24,000 nucleotides of DNA, taken from Marinomonas arctica (lineage in GTDB: Bacteria > Pseudomonadota > Gammaproteobacteria > Pseudomonadales > Marinomonadaceae). The stretch is from the NCBI RefSeq assembly GCF_003259225.1, contig NZ_QHJF01000015.1, positions 69,826-93,825 on the forward strand, written 5' to 3'. Shown here in pieces: positions 1-7,938 of this stretch. The first letter of the stretch is position 1. Every line of letters begins with the position of its first letter. The notes under the pieces are model-generated. The model was not told the origin of the DNA, made no database searches, and saw nothing but the letters and a program-made list of their open reading frames with translations. The position numbers and the translations under genes are program-made.

Positions 1-1062
1 GTAGTCGGCTTCGTCGCCATGATTACGCCATAAGCCTTGATGTTTGGCATAGGCTTCCACAAGGTTAAGTTGTTCTTCATCGCGATTGGTTAGGCGTAGA
101 TAATTGATGGTTTCGTCATCAATGGGGAAAAGGCCGCAGGTCGCACCATATTCTGGCGCCATGTTGGCAATGGTGGCTCTGTCGGCCAGTGGTAAATCAG
201 CAAGGCCATCGCCATAAAATTCGACAAACTTCCCAACGACACCGTGTTTTCGCAGCATTTCAGTCACGGTAAGCACCAAATCGGTTGCTGTTGTACCTTC
301 TGGTAACCGGCCACTTAATTTTACCCCAACCACCTGCGGGATAAGCAAACTAATCGGTTGGCCTAACATAACGGCTTCGGCTTCAATACCACCGACGCCC
401 CAACCAAGAACCCCTAAACCGTTAATCATGGTGGTATGAGAGTCGGTCCCCACTAGTGTGTCAGGATAGGCGAATTTTTTGCCATGACTGTCTTTATGAA
501 AAACAACACGCGCCAAATACTCTAAATTTACTTGGTGCACAATACCCGTTGCCGGCGGCACGACTTTCAAATTATCAAATGCGGTCTGTCCCCAGCGCAA
601 AAACTCGTAACGCTCTTTGTTACGGTCGTACTCCAGCTTAGCGTTTAAATCAAATGCCCCATCATTACCGTAACCATCCACTTGTACTGAATGGTCGATA
701 ACAAGCTCAACGGGGGAAAGTGGGTTTATTTTCGCTGGGTCGCCACCCAGTCTTTCCATGGCATCGCGCATGGCGGCTAAATCTACAATGGCTGGTACGC
801 CCGTAAAATCTTGCATGACAACACGGGCCGGGGTGAAGGCGACTTCTATGGTGGGTTTGGCTTGAGGATGCCAATCGAGTAAAGCCTGAATGTCTTCTGT
901 CTTAACATTGACACCGTCTTCATGACGAAGCAAATTTTCAAGTAAAATTTTCAAAGAAAAGGGCAGTCGTCTTGCCTTGCTACCAAGCTCTTTTAAGGAA
1001 TGAATATGAAACGCTTCGCCATTCACAGTGAGTTGTTGATGGGTGTTGAAACTGTTGTTCAT
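1..1062 (-). CDS. acnA: Aconitate hydratase A, N-terminal 354 codons (partial; continues past the left window edge)
   Basis: The ORF is absent from the ORF track because it is open at the edge. The reverse-strand ATG is at 1062-1060, 5 nt downstream of AGGAGG (rc of cctcct, 1068-1073). The translation [27 protein letters not shown]...[24 protein letters not shown]...[11 protein letters not shown]...[26 protein letters not shown] is typical of the aconitase A/IRP N-terminal domains. Confidence 0.9.
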   Translation of the reverse strand, partial: MNNSFNTHQQLTVNGEAFHIHSLKELGSKARRLPFSLKILLENLLRHEDGVNVKTEDIQALLDWHPQAKPTIEVAFTPARVVMQDFTGVPAIVDLAAMRDAMERLGGDPAKINPLSPVELVIDHSVQVDGYGNDGAFDLNAKLEYDRNKERYEFLRWGQTAFDNLKVVPPATGIVHQVNLEYLARVVFHKDSHGKKFAYPDTLVGTDSHTTMINGLGVLGWGVGGIEAEAVMLGQPISLLIPQVVGVKLSGRLPEGTTATDLVLTVTEMLRKHGVVGKFVEFYGDGLADLPLADRATIANMAPEYGATCGLFPIDDETINYLRLTNRDEEQLNLVEAYAKHQGLWRNHGDEADY

Positions 1063-1242
1063 TATGTCCTCCTGCCGTATTGATAAGGATGATTAAGGCC
1101 CCTTCAAAAAACTAAGTATAGATTATCTTAACCTGTTCAGACGGTCGTGAAGCATGGGAAGTGGTCAAATCTAATTGGCTGGACTTTATTTCCTTATTCT
1201 ATAAGGGGTTTTCATAATACAGTTGATTCAAATTACTTAAGT

Positions 1243-1280
1243 GACCATTAAGAGAAACTCAAGGTTTTCTCTTAATGGTC
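1243..1280 (-). terminator. Perfect 15-bp stem / 8-nt loop hairpin just downstream of the dehydrogenase stop; possible terminator or RNA-stability element
   Basis: GACCATTAAGAGAAA (1243-1257) pairs perfectly with TTTCTCTTAATGGTC (1266-1280). It lies 10 nt past the stop at 1290. No clean U-tract follows on either strand, so the intrinsic-terminator call is tentative. Confidence 0.4.
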
Positions 1281-1289
1281 TTGTAGAAA

Positions 1290-2150
1290 TTACTTTATCA
1301 CTTTATAAACGGCGGCCATGTCTTCCTCTCCGAAGCCTGCTTTGATCGCTTGTTTAAAGGCTTCGTTAGCAATAGCGGCGGTTGGAAGAGGCTGGTCAAG
1401 CTGATCACCCAGTGCGACGGCCAAACGCATATCTTTTTGCATATGTTTGAGCGGGAAGCTGGTGGTGTAGTTTTCATTTAATAGCATCGCGCCTTTGCCT
1501 TTAAACATCGGATTCGACATGGCGCCAGCGTCAATAATATCTAAAATCTGCTGACCGTCTAAACCGGCTTTTTGCCCCAGAGACAGGCCTTCGCTGAAAA
1601 TGCTCAACATGCCGCCCATCATCATATTCACGACCAGTTTCATATTGGCGCCTTGACCTACATCGCCAAGGTAAGGTGACATCTTACCCATTACCTCAAA
1701 CGCTGGTTTTGCATCTTCGTAAAGGGATGGATCGCCCGCAGCGAGAATGATTAAAGTGCCGTCTTCAGCGGGCTTCTTAGTACCAGAGACCGGTGCTTCT
1801 AAAAAGCGTCCGCCAGTGTGAGTAATTAAACTGGCAATGGTTTTAGAGGTTATGTCGTCCACGGTGGACATATCCACATAACCACGGCCAGCACCAATGC
1901 CTGCTGCAACACCATCTGGGCCTTGGCAAAGGGCGAGAGCGGCTTCGGGATCGGACACCATGGCAAAAGTAATATCGCAATGTGCCGCCACGTCTTTGGG
2001 TGTCGCTCCTTGGCGAGCGCCCAGCGCGACTAACTCAGCGCATTTTGCTGCATTACGATTCCAGACCGTCACATCAAATCCCGCTTTTATTAAATTCGCA
2101 GCCATGGCTTTGCCCATGATGCCTAACCCTAAAAATCCAATACTTTTCAT
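1290..2150 (-). CDS. NAD(P)-dependent beta-hydroxyacid dehydrogenase (3-hydroxyisobutyrate dehydrogenase / glyoxylate-succinic semialdehyde reductase family)
   Basis: 286 aa. It has an N-terminal Rossmann motif GFLGLGIMGKAMAANL and family blocks DAPVSG-like FLEAPVSGTKKPAEDGTL and KDMRLA. Length and layout are typical of the family. Confidence 0.85.
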   Translation of the reverse strand: MKSIGFLGLGIMGKAMAANLIKAGFDVTVWNRNAAKCAELVALGARQGATPKDVAAHCDITFAMVSDPEAALALCQGPDGVAAGIGAGRGYVDMSTVDDITSKTIASLITHTGGRFLEAPVSGTKKPAEDGTLIILAAGDPSLYEDAKPAFEVMGKMSPYLGDVGQGANMKLVVNMMMGGMLSIFSEGLSLGQKAGLDGQQILDIIDAGAMSNPMFKGKGAMLLNENYTTSFPLKHMQKDMRLAVALGDQLDQPLPTAAIANEAFKQAIKAGFGEEDMAAVYKVIK

Positions 2151-2256
2151 AAATTACTCTCTTAATCGGTGTTATTTTCTATATGTGAATGAATGGCAGC
2201 AGTTATAGCAGATAAAAATGGCAATATCGTAGCGCTCGTTTTAACCATAGAGATGG

Positions 2257-3030
2257 TTATGGCAGCAGCTTCACCACAATAAAACCAGTGAATAAAGCGA
2301 TGCTTACTGAAAATAGTGAGCCCAGCATGACGTATTCGGTGAATTTTCTATCGTGGGCTTCCCGTAGATCCCCCATGCGGAAAATGGATTTCGCGGCGAG
2401 TACAAAGCCGACTGCGGTGTATTGGCCGTTTAGTATAAAGGTCAGCACTAAGACGCGTTCAAGGTAGCCCAAATACTGGCCGGCATTCGGTAAGGATTGC
2501 GCTTTCTTGTTTTGTGAGTCGCACACATCGGCTTCCAAGTCCGCCGACCATTTAGATAAAATTTCACCGATGATAATAGACGCCGGTTTGAGCATCATCA
2601 GATACGCCAGAGTGACGAGGAGAGACGCGCTGTAATCTATGTCATTGATGAGCGTTTTGATTTGTTCTATCGCGGTATCAAAGAGATAAAACCATAAAAA
2701 TAGGATGCTTAGGACATGAAGTAACTGGTCGATAATAAACCACAAAAAGCCTTGTCCAACTTTTACTTTTGCATAATCGATTAGGCTATGAATAACGGCG
2801 AATAGTAAGCTGATAAAGAGCGAGCCTAACAAGCTGGTGGCGGTTGCGAAACTCACAATCACTAAGACAATGGCGCCATGAACCAGCCCATGATAATACA
2901 AAGCGCTCGAACGGCCTTGGTGCGTATTTTTGTCTTTCACCCATGAGTTTGGCTGTAAAAAGAAATCGCCAATCACATGTCCGAGTAACAACATAAGCAA
3001 CACAGGCAAACCATCGAGCTGAAACATCAC
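2257..3030 (-). CDS. DUF3307-family polytopic membrane protein (His/Asp-rich TM helices), second gene of the satD operon
   Basis: 257 aa with about 7 hydrophobic segments. The N-terminal LLGHVIGDFFLQP block and repeated H/D positions (HGLVHG, VIHSLIDY, IIDQLLH) match my memory of DUF3307. The start overlaps the satD stop (GTGATG: GTG 3030 or ATG 3027; TGA 3029-3027), and AAGGAG lies 6-9 nt upstream. Confidence 0.75.
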   Translation of the reverse strand: MMFQLDGLPVLLMLLLGHVIGDFFLQPNSWVKDKNTHQGRSSALYYHGLVHGAIVLVIVSFATATSLLGSLFISLLFAVIHSLIDYAKVKVGQGFLWFIIDQLLHVLSILFLWFYLFDTAIEQIKTLINDIDYSASLLVTLAYLMMLKPASIIIGEILSKWSADLEADVCDSQNKKAQSLPNAGQYLGYLERVLVLTFILNGQYTAVGFVLAAKSIFRMGDLREAHDRKFTEYVMLGSLFSVSIALFTGFIVVKLLP

Positions 3031-3692
3031 GACATACTCCTTATTAACGTGGTTGCTAATGCATCCAAGGTGTCTAGTATCAAACTGGCATTTGCCCGTT
3101 GCAAGCGTGAGGCTAACGAACGTCGATGAATCCCGGTCTTGGCCGACAGCGCGTCTTGCGTTAATTCAGGGTAGAGTAGGCGAGGAAATAAGACTTCAGC
3201 CTGTTTCTCACTGAGGCCCGTCATTATAAAATCTAGGTGACGAATCAATAAATCACGGCTGGGGTTGGCTTCAACGGTGTCTGGCAAAGACAGCTTAAGG
3301 CGTTCTTCATCCATGTCTTTCAAGGCTCGGCCAGACAGCTGAAAGGCTTCGCCTTTGGCGGTTTTTCTCAGCTCAGCCTCGATCTGTTTATACGAACCAA
3401 TGCCAACAGACACCCGAGCATCGGCGCCTTTTACACACTTCATCAGTGTGAGTCTTAATAAGATAGCGCAGCGCAGCGCGTGTTTTGGATTGGGTACAAA
3501 TACCTGAAACTCATCACCGCGGAACACATCGCCCTGGGCATGGAATTCATCTTGGAAAATGGCAATGGCTTGCTCAACCTGCTGTAAACAGGCTTGATGC
3601 TCAGCATCCGACAAAGCACTGGAATTGACAATGTCTCCAGTGACAACTCCGCCTGTATTCATATCATTAGCAACATCATTAAGAGACGCCAT
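3027..3692 (-). CDS. SatD-family protein: N-terminal nucleotidyl-cyclase/GGDEF-like palm motifs plus C-terminal HTH
   Basis: The ORF track starts at GTG 3713, but a perfect AAGGAGG (3707-3701) sits 8 nt upstream of ATG 3692, so I place the start there (221 aa). Motifs seen are VVTGDIVNSS, VFRGDEFQVFV and RVSVGIGS, followed by a sigma70-region-4/LuxR-like tail (LSEKQAEVLFPRL...TQDALSAKTGIHRRSLASRLQRA). The SatD name is from memory (PF16264), and SatD classically pairs with DUF3307. Confidence 0.7.
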   Translation of the reverse strand: MASLNDVANDMNTGGVVTGDIVNSSALSDAEHQACLQQVEQAIAIFQDEFHAQGDVFRGDEFQVFVPNPKHALRCAILLRLTLMKCVKGADARVSVGIGSYKQIEAELRKTAKGEAFQLSGRALKDMDEERLKLSLPDTVEANPSRDLLIRHLDFIMTGLSEKQAEVLFPRLLYPELTQDALSAKTGIHRRSLASRLQRANASLILDTLDALATTLIRSMS

Positions 3693-3754
3693 CGAATTAT
3701 CCTCCTTCACCACAAGCCCAACTTAACGGCTTTCATATGAGCTATCAAAGCATA

Positions 3755-3787
3755 ATTCATTGACCAAAGCCAGTTTGGTCAATGAAT
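3755..3787. promoter_or_regulatory. Perfect 14-bp-arm palindrome (candidate operator) in the satD / hsdR divergent intergenic region
   Basis: ATTCATTGACCAAA-GCCAG-TTTGGTCAATGAAT. The arms (3755-3768 and 3774-3787) are perfect reverse complements. Confidence 0.55.
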
Positions 3788-3812
3788 AGTGACCAATTAT
3801 GGTTTGGTCAGT
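3788..3812. promoter_or_regulatory. Second palindrome with the same TGACCAA half-site, immediately abutting the first
   Basis: AGTGACCAA-TTATGGT-TTGGTCAGT, with 8 of 9 arm positions matching. Together with 3755-3787 it gives four TGACCAA(A/T) half-sites within 58 bp. Confidence 0.45.
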
Positions 3813-3900
3813 ATTTTAGTGTTTATTAGCGATCCGTTTGCTGGTTAGTTTGCTAATACGCTCGGCTTTGCACAAAACTTTCGTTATATTAGGAAGTTAA

Positions 3901-6363
3901 ATGGAGTTGCAGCGGATAGGTGGCATGACCTCAGGTATTAATAAAGCAAAATTATCAGAAACCGACATCATCACGAAATTTATTCTGCCCGCTGTTAAAA
4001 ACGCTGGTTGGGATGATCGTACACAGATACGACAAGAGTTCCCAGTTACAGATGGTAAAGTGGTGGTGCGAGGTCAAGTGGCAGCACGGCAGAAGGCGAG
4101 AAGAGCCGATATTGCGCTCTTTTACAAAGACGGTATGCCGCTGGCGGTGATTGAAGCCAAGTCCAATCAATATTCTGTTGGTCATGGTATTCAACAATCC
4201 TTGGATTATGCCGAACGATTGGGTGTGCCTTTTGCTTTTGCTAGTAACGGTAATGGCTTTTTATTCCATGACAAAACCAATCTAAACCAAGTTGAAAGTG
4301 AGATAACGCTGGACGACTTCCCTAGTTGCGATCAGCTTTGGGTAAAATTCTGTGAATGGAAAGGCTATCGTAACGACCAGCTTCCCTTGTTGACGCAAAG
4401 TTACCACAGCGATGGTGAGGGCAAAGCGCCTCGTTATTACCAGATGCAGGCGATTAACCGCTCCATAGAAGCTGTAGCCAAAGGCCAAAATCGCTTGTTA
4501 TTAGTCATGGCAACAGGCACAGGTAAAACCTATACCGCCTTCCAAATTATTTGGCGTTTATGGAAAGCCAAGCAGAAAAAGCGCATCTTATTTTTAGCTG
4601 ACCGCAATGCCTTAATCGATCAAACTTTTATCAACGACTTTCAGCCGTTTGGTACGGCCATGACCAAAATCAAAGGCCATAAAATTGACCCAGCTTATGA
4701 AATTCACCTTGGTTTGTATCAGGGTATGACAGGCACGGAAGAGATACAAAAAGTCTATAAAAAAGTATCTCCTGATTTTTTTGATTTGATTGTGATTGAT
4801 GAATGCCACCGAGGCAGCGCGGCAGAAGATAGTAACTGGCGTGACATTCTCGACCACTTTAGTGGCGCGACACAAATTGGTTTAACAGCCACTCCGAAAG
4901 AAACCGAAGACGTATCGAATATCGAATACTTTGGCGAGCCGATTTATACCTATTCCCTTAAACAAGGTATTGAAGATGGCTTCCTTGCACCCTATAAAGT
5001 GATGCGTGTTGACATTGATGTGGATGTACAAGGCTGGCGACCAGAAAAAGGTAAGTTAGATAAAGATGGCAATTTGGTAGATGACCGCATCTACAACCAA
5101 AAAGACTTTGACCGTAACCTAATAATCGACGAGCGCACCCAGTTGGTGGCACAAACCGTGACCAACTACTTAAAACGCACCGACCCCATGGCGAAGACCA
5201 TCGTGTTTTGTAACAACATCGATCATGCCGAACGCATGCGCCGGGCTTTGATTAACCTTAATCCTGAACAGGTGGCGAAAAGCGACAAGTATGTGATGCG
5301 CATTACGGGCGATGAAAAAGAGGGCAAAGATCAGCTGAGTTATTTCACTAACAGAAAAGAATCTTATCCAGTGATTGCCACCACCTCGGAGCTGATGACC
5401 ACAGGTGTCGATGCCAAAACCTGTAAGTTGATCGTGCTCGATCAAGGCATACAATCTATGACCAAGTTCAAACAAATTATTGGTCGTGGTACACGTATTG
5501 ATCAGGAATACAATAAGCTTTGGTTCACCATATTGGACTTTAAAAAAGCCACGGAGCTGTTTGCTGATCCGCGCTTTGATGGTGATCCAGAGCAAGTTAA
5601 AGTCAGCACGCCAGCGGCCTTTGCTGATGATGCTCTTCTTGATGAAATGATTCACGAAGGGGAAGAGATCGACCTAAGCCAAGATGACAGCATAGACCCT
5701 GACAGCATTCAAGAGCCCCAAGGTGTCTACCAAAACGGTCATCGTGAAGATTACCAACTGGGTGATGCAGACTGGAATGATGATAAACCACGCAAATTTC
5801 ACGTGAACGGTGTGCAAGTAAAAGCCCTCGCCGAGCGGGTACAATATTATGATACCGACGGCAAACTGGTGACCGAATCTTTTAAAGACTACACCCGCAA
5901 AACCTTAGCGAAGCGTTTTGCTTCCCTGGATGAGTTTGTCAAAACGTGGCAAGCGGCAGAACGCAAACAAGCCATTATTGATGAGCTGGAAGAGTGCGGA
6001 GTGATTTGGGAATTACTCGAACAGGAAGTAGGAAAAGAATTAGATCCATTCGATATGATTTGCCATATCGTATATGATCAGCCGCCGCTGACTCGAAAAG
6101 AGCGCGCTAACCAAGTGAAAAAGCGTAACTACTTCACCCGCTATGATGGTGTGGCACAAGAAGTGCTCAGTCGTTTGCTCGATAAATACGCCGATGCCGG
6201 TGTGGCGGAAATAGAAAACATACAAGTACTTAAAGTCGCGCCGTTCGACCAGTTCGGGCGTATGCAGGAAATTATTAAAAAAGGCTTCGATGGCAAAAAA
6301 GAAACCTATTATGACGCGGTGAAAGCATTAGAAGACGAGCTTTATCAAGATCAAAGCGCATAA
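3901..6363 (+). CDS. hsdR: Type I restriction enzyme R subunit (EcoEI/EcoAI-like, with EcoEI_R_C-type C-terminal domain)
   Basis: 820 aa. The N-terminal nuclease region has [15 protein letters not shown] and D...EAK (ADIALF...AVIEAKS). SF2 helicase motifs are present: MATGTGKT (I), VIDECHRGS (II, DEAH-like), GLTATP (III) and QIIGRGTR (VI). AGGAAG lies 6 nt upstream of ATG 3901. Confidence 0.95.
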   Translation: MELQRIGGMTSGINKAKLSETDIITKFILPAVKNAGWDDRTQIRQEFPVTDGKVVVRGQVAARQKARRADIALFYKDGMPLAVIEAKSNQYSVGHGIQQSLDYAERLGVPFAFASNGNGFLFHDKTNLNQVESEITLDDFPSCDQLWVKFCEWKGYRNDQLPLLTQSYHSDGEGKAPRYYQMQAINRSIEAVAKGQNRLLLVMATGTGKTYTAFQIIWRLWKAKQKKRILFLADRNALIDQTFINDFQPFGTAMTKIKGHKIDPAYEIHLGLYQGMTGTEEIQKVYKKVSPDFFDLIVIDECHRGSAAEDSNWRDILDHFSGATQIGLTATPKETEDVSNIEYFGEPIYTYSLKQGIEDGFLAPYKVMRVDIDVDVQGWRPEKGKLDKDGNLVDDRIYNQKDFDRNLIIDERTQLVAQTVTNYLKRTDPMAKTIVFCNNIDHAERMRRALINLNPEQVAKSDKYVMRITGDEKEGKDQLSYFTNRKESYPVIATTSELMTTGVDAKTCKLIVLDQGIQSMTKFKQIIGRGTRIDQEYNKLWFTILDFKKATELFADPRFDGDPEQVKVSTPAAFADDALLDEMIHEGEEIDLSQDDSIDPDSIQEPQGVYQNGHREDYQLGDADWNDDKPRKFHVNGVQVKALAERVQYYDTDGKLVTESFKDYTRKTLAKRFASLDEFVKTWQAAERKQAIIDELEECGVIWELLEQEVGKELDPFDMICHIVYDQPPLTRKERANQVKKRNYFTRYDGVAQEVLSRLLDKYADAGVAEIENIQVLKVAPFDQFGRMQEIIKKGFDGKKETYYDAVKALEDELYQDQSA

Positions 6364-6381
6364 CACCACCCCCAATTCATA

Positions 6382-6420
6382 TTTCACTCAGGCCAAAGCC
6401 AGTATTTGGCTTGAGTGAAA
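6382..6420 (+). promoter_or_regulatory. Stem-loop between hsdR and hsdM that shares an 11-nt core with the satD/hsdR operator
   Basis: TTTCACTCAGGCCAAA GCCAGTA TTTGGCTTGAGTGAAA forms a 16-bp stem with one G.U position. It contains CCAAAGCCAGT, which is identical to 3764-3774. No U-tract follows, so it is more likely an operator or processing/attenuation element than a terminator. Confidence 0.45.
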
Positions 6421-6450
6421 TCATTTCGAACAAATGCAATAGAGAACATT

Positions 6451-7914
6451 ATGTCCATCACGACTGTCATCAAATCCATCCAAGACATTATGCGCAAAGA
6501 CGCTGGCGTAGACGGCGACGCCCAACGCCTTGGTCAAATGTCATGGTTGCTGTTTCTAAAGATTTTTGACGCCCAAGAAGAAGAGCTAGCCTTTGAACAG
6601 GATGATGCTTATCAAGCACCCATTCCAGAAAATTACCTATGGCGTAACTGGGCAACCAATCCCGAAGGCATTACTGGTGACGATCTGCTCGATTTCATCA
6701 ATGATGATCTGTTCCCCGACATGAAAAACCTTGATGCCACTCGTGATCGTAATCCTCGTGGTTTTGTGGTGAAAGAAGCCTTTAGTGATGCTTACAATTA
6801 CATGAAAAACGGCACCTTGCTGCGTCAGGTGATCAATAAACTCAACGAAATCGATTTTACCGATTCTCAAGAGCGTCATCTGTTTGGTGATATTTACGAG
6901 CAAATTCTGCGCGACTTGCAAAGTGCAGGCAATGCAGGGGAATTTTACACGCCTCGTGCCGTGACTCAGTTTATTGTCAACCGTCTCGATCCCAAACTAG
7001 GGGAAAGTATCATGGATCCTGCCGCAGGCACGGGCGGCTTTCTTGCTTGCAGTTTTGATCATGTAAAAGACCGTTATGTGCAGACCACGGAAGATCATCA
7101 AACCCTACAAAAGCAGATCCACGGCGTGGAAAAAAAGCAGCTGCCGCATTTATTGTGCATCACCAATATGATGTTGCATGGTATTGAAGTGCCCGTGCAA
7201 ATTCGTCATGGCAATACCCTGAACCAGCCGTTGGCAAATTGGGACAGTAATATTGATGTGATCGCCACCAATCCTCCGTTTGGCGGCACAGAAGAAGACG
7301 GCATTGAAAAGAACTTTCCCGCCGATATGCAAACCCGAGAAACCGCCGACTTGTTCTTGCAATTGATCATAGAAGTACTGACCAACCAAGGCCGAGCAGG
7401 GGTGGTATTGCCTGATGGCACCTTGTTTGGCGAAGGTGTGAAAACCAAGATCAAAAAAATGCTCACGGAAAAGTGCAACCTGCACACCATCGTGCGTTTA
7501 CCGAACGGCGTGTTTAACCCTTACACCGGCATTAAAACCAATATCCTGTTTTTCACCAAAGGCCAGCCGACAAAAGACGTGTGGTTCTATGAGCATCCGT
7601 ATCCAGAAGGTGTGAAAAACTACAACAAAACCAAGCCAATGAAGTTTGAAGAATTTCAAACCGAAATCGATTGGTGGGGCGACGAAGCGGATGGTTTTGC
7701 CAGCCGTGTGGAAACCAACCACGCGTGGAAAGTCTCTATCGACGAGATCATCGCGCGGAACTTTAACTTAGACATTAAAAACCCTTATCAAGAAGCGGTA
7801 GAAAGCCACGATCCAGAAGAGTTGCTGGCCACTTACCAAGCGCAGCAAGACGACATTGCTGCGTTGCGCAACCAGCTAAAAGACATACTCGGCGCGGCGC
7901 TGGCAGAAAAATAA
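6451..7914 (+). CDS. hsdM: Type I R-M N6-adenine DNA methyltransferase M subunit
   Basis: AdoMet motif I is DPAAGTGGFL and catalytic motif IV is NPPFGG. The N-terminal HsdM_N block is IQDIMRKDAGVDGDAQRLGQMSWLLFLKIFD. The track start (GTG 6415) lies inside the 6382-6420 hairpin. ATG 6451 (MSITTVIKS...) is the more plausible start and gives 487 aa. Confidence 0.93.
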   Translation: MSITTVIKSIQDIMRKDAGVDGDAQRLGQMSWLLFLKIFDAQEEELAFEQDDAYQAPIPENYLWRNWATNPEGITGDDLLDFINDDLFPDMKNLDATRDRNPRGFVVKEAFSDAYNYMKNGTLLRQVINKLNEIDFTDSQERHLFGDIYEQILRDLQSAGNAGEFYTPRAVTQFIVNRLDPKLGESIMDPAAGTGGFLACSFDHVKDRYVQTTEDHQTLQKQIHGVEKKQLPHLLCITNMMLHGIEVPVQIRHGNTLNQPLANWDSNIDVIATNPPFGGTEEDGIEKNFPADMQTRETADLFLQLIIEVLTNQGRAGVVLPDGTLFGEGVKTKIKKMLTEKCNLHTIVRLPNGVFNPYTGIKTNILFFTKGQPTKDVWFYEHPYPEGVKNYNKTKPMKFEEFQTEIDWWGDEADGFASRVETNHAWKVSIDEIIARNFNLDIKNPYQEAVESHDPEELLATYQAQQDDIAALRNQLKDILGAALAEK

Positions 7915-7938
7915 ACCAAGGATGGGAAGAAAAGCAGT

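Noticed and set aside
456-2208. Plus-strand track ORFs 456-641 and 1897-2208
   Set aside because: They are antisense to acnA and to the dehydrogenase gene respectively. Their products are Ala/Pro/Arg-rich shadow-frame sequences.
3955-6225. Seven minus-strand track ORFs inside hsdR (3955-4197, 4282-4488, 4612-4875, 4958-5152, 5170-5655, 5603-5791, 6040-6225)
   Set aside because: They lie entirely antisense to a long ORF with unambiguous helicase and nuclease motifs. Their products are low-complexity and Cys/His/Arg-rich, and none has an SD. They are shadow ORFs.
6415-6450. GTG 6415 as the hsdM start (track coordinates)
   Set aside because: The GTG lies inside the 3' arm of the 6382-6420 hairpin, and the extra 12 residues (MKSFRTNAIENI) precede the conserved HsdM N-terminus. 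ATG 6451 is preferred, although this cannot be proven from sequence alone.
6637-7722. Minus-strand ORFs inside hsdM (6637-6921, 7150-7485, 7206-7490, 7498-7722)
   Set aside because: They are antisense shadows of hsdM with no motifs and no ribosome-binding sites.
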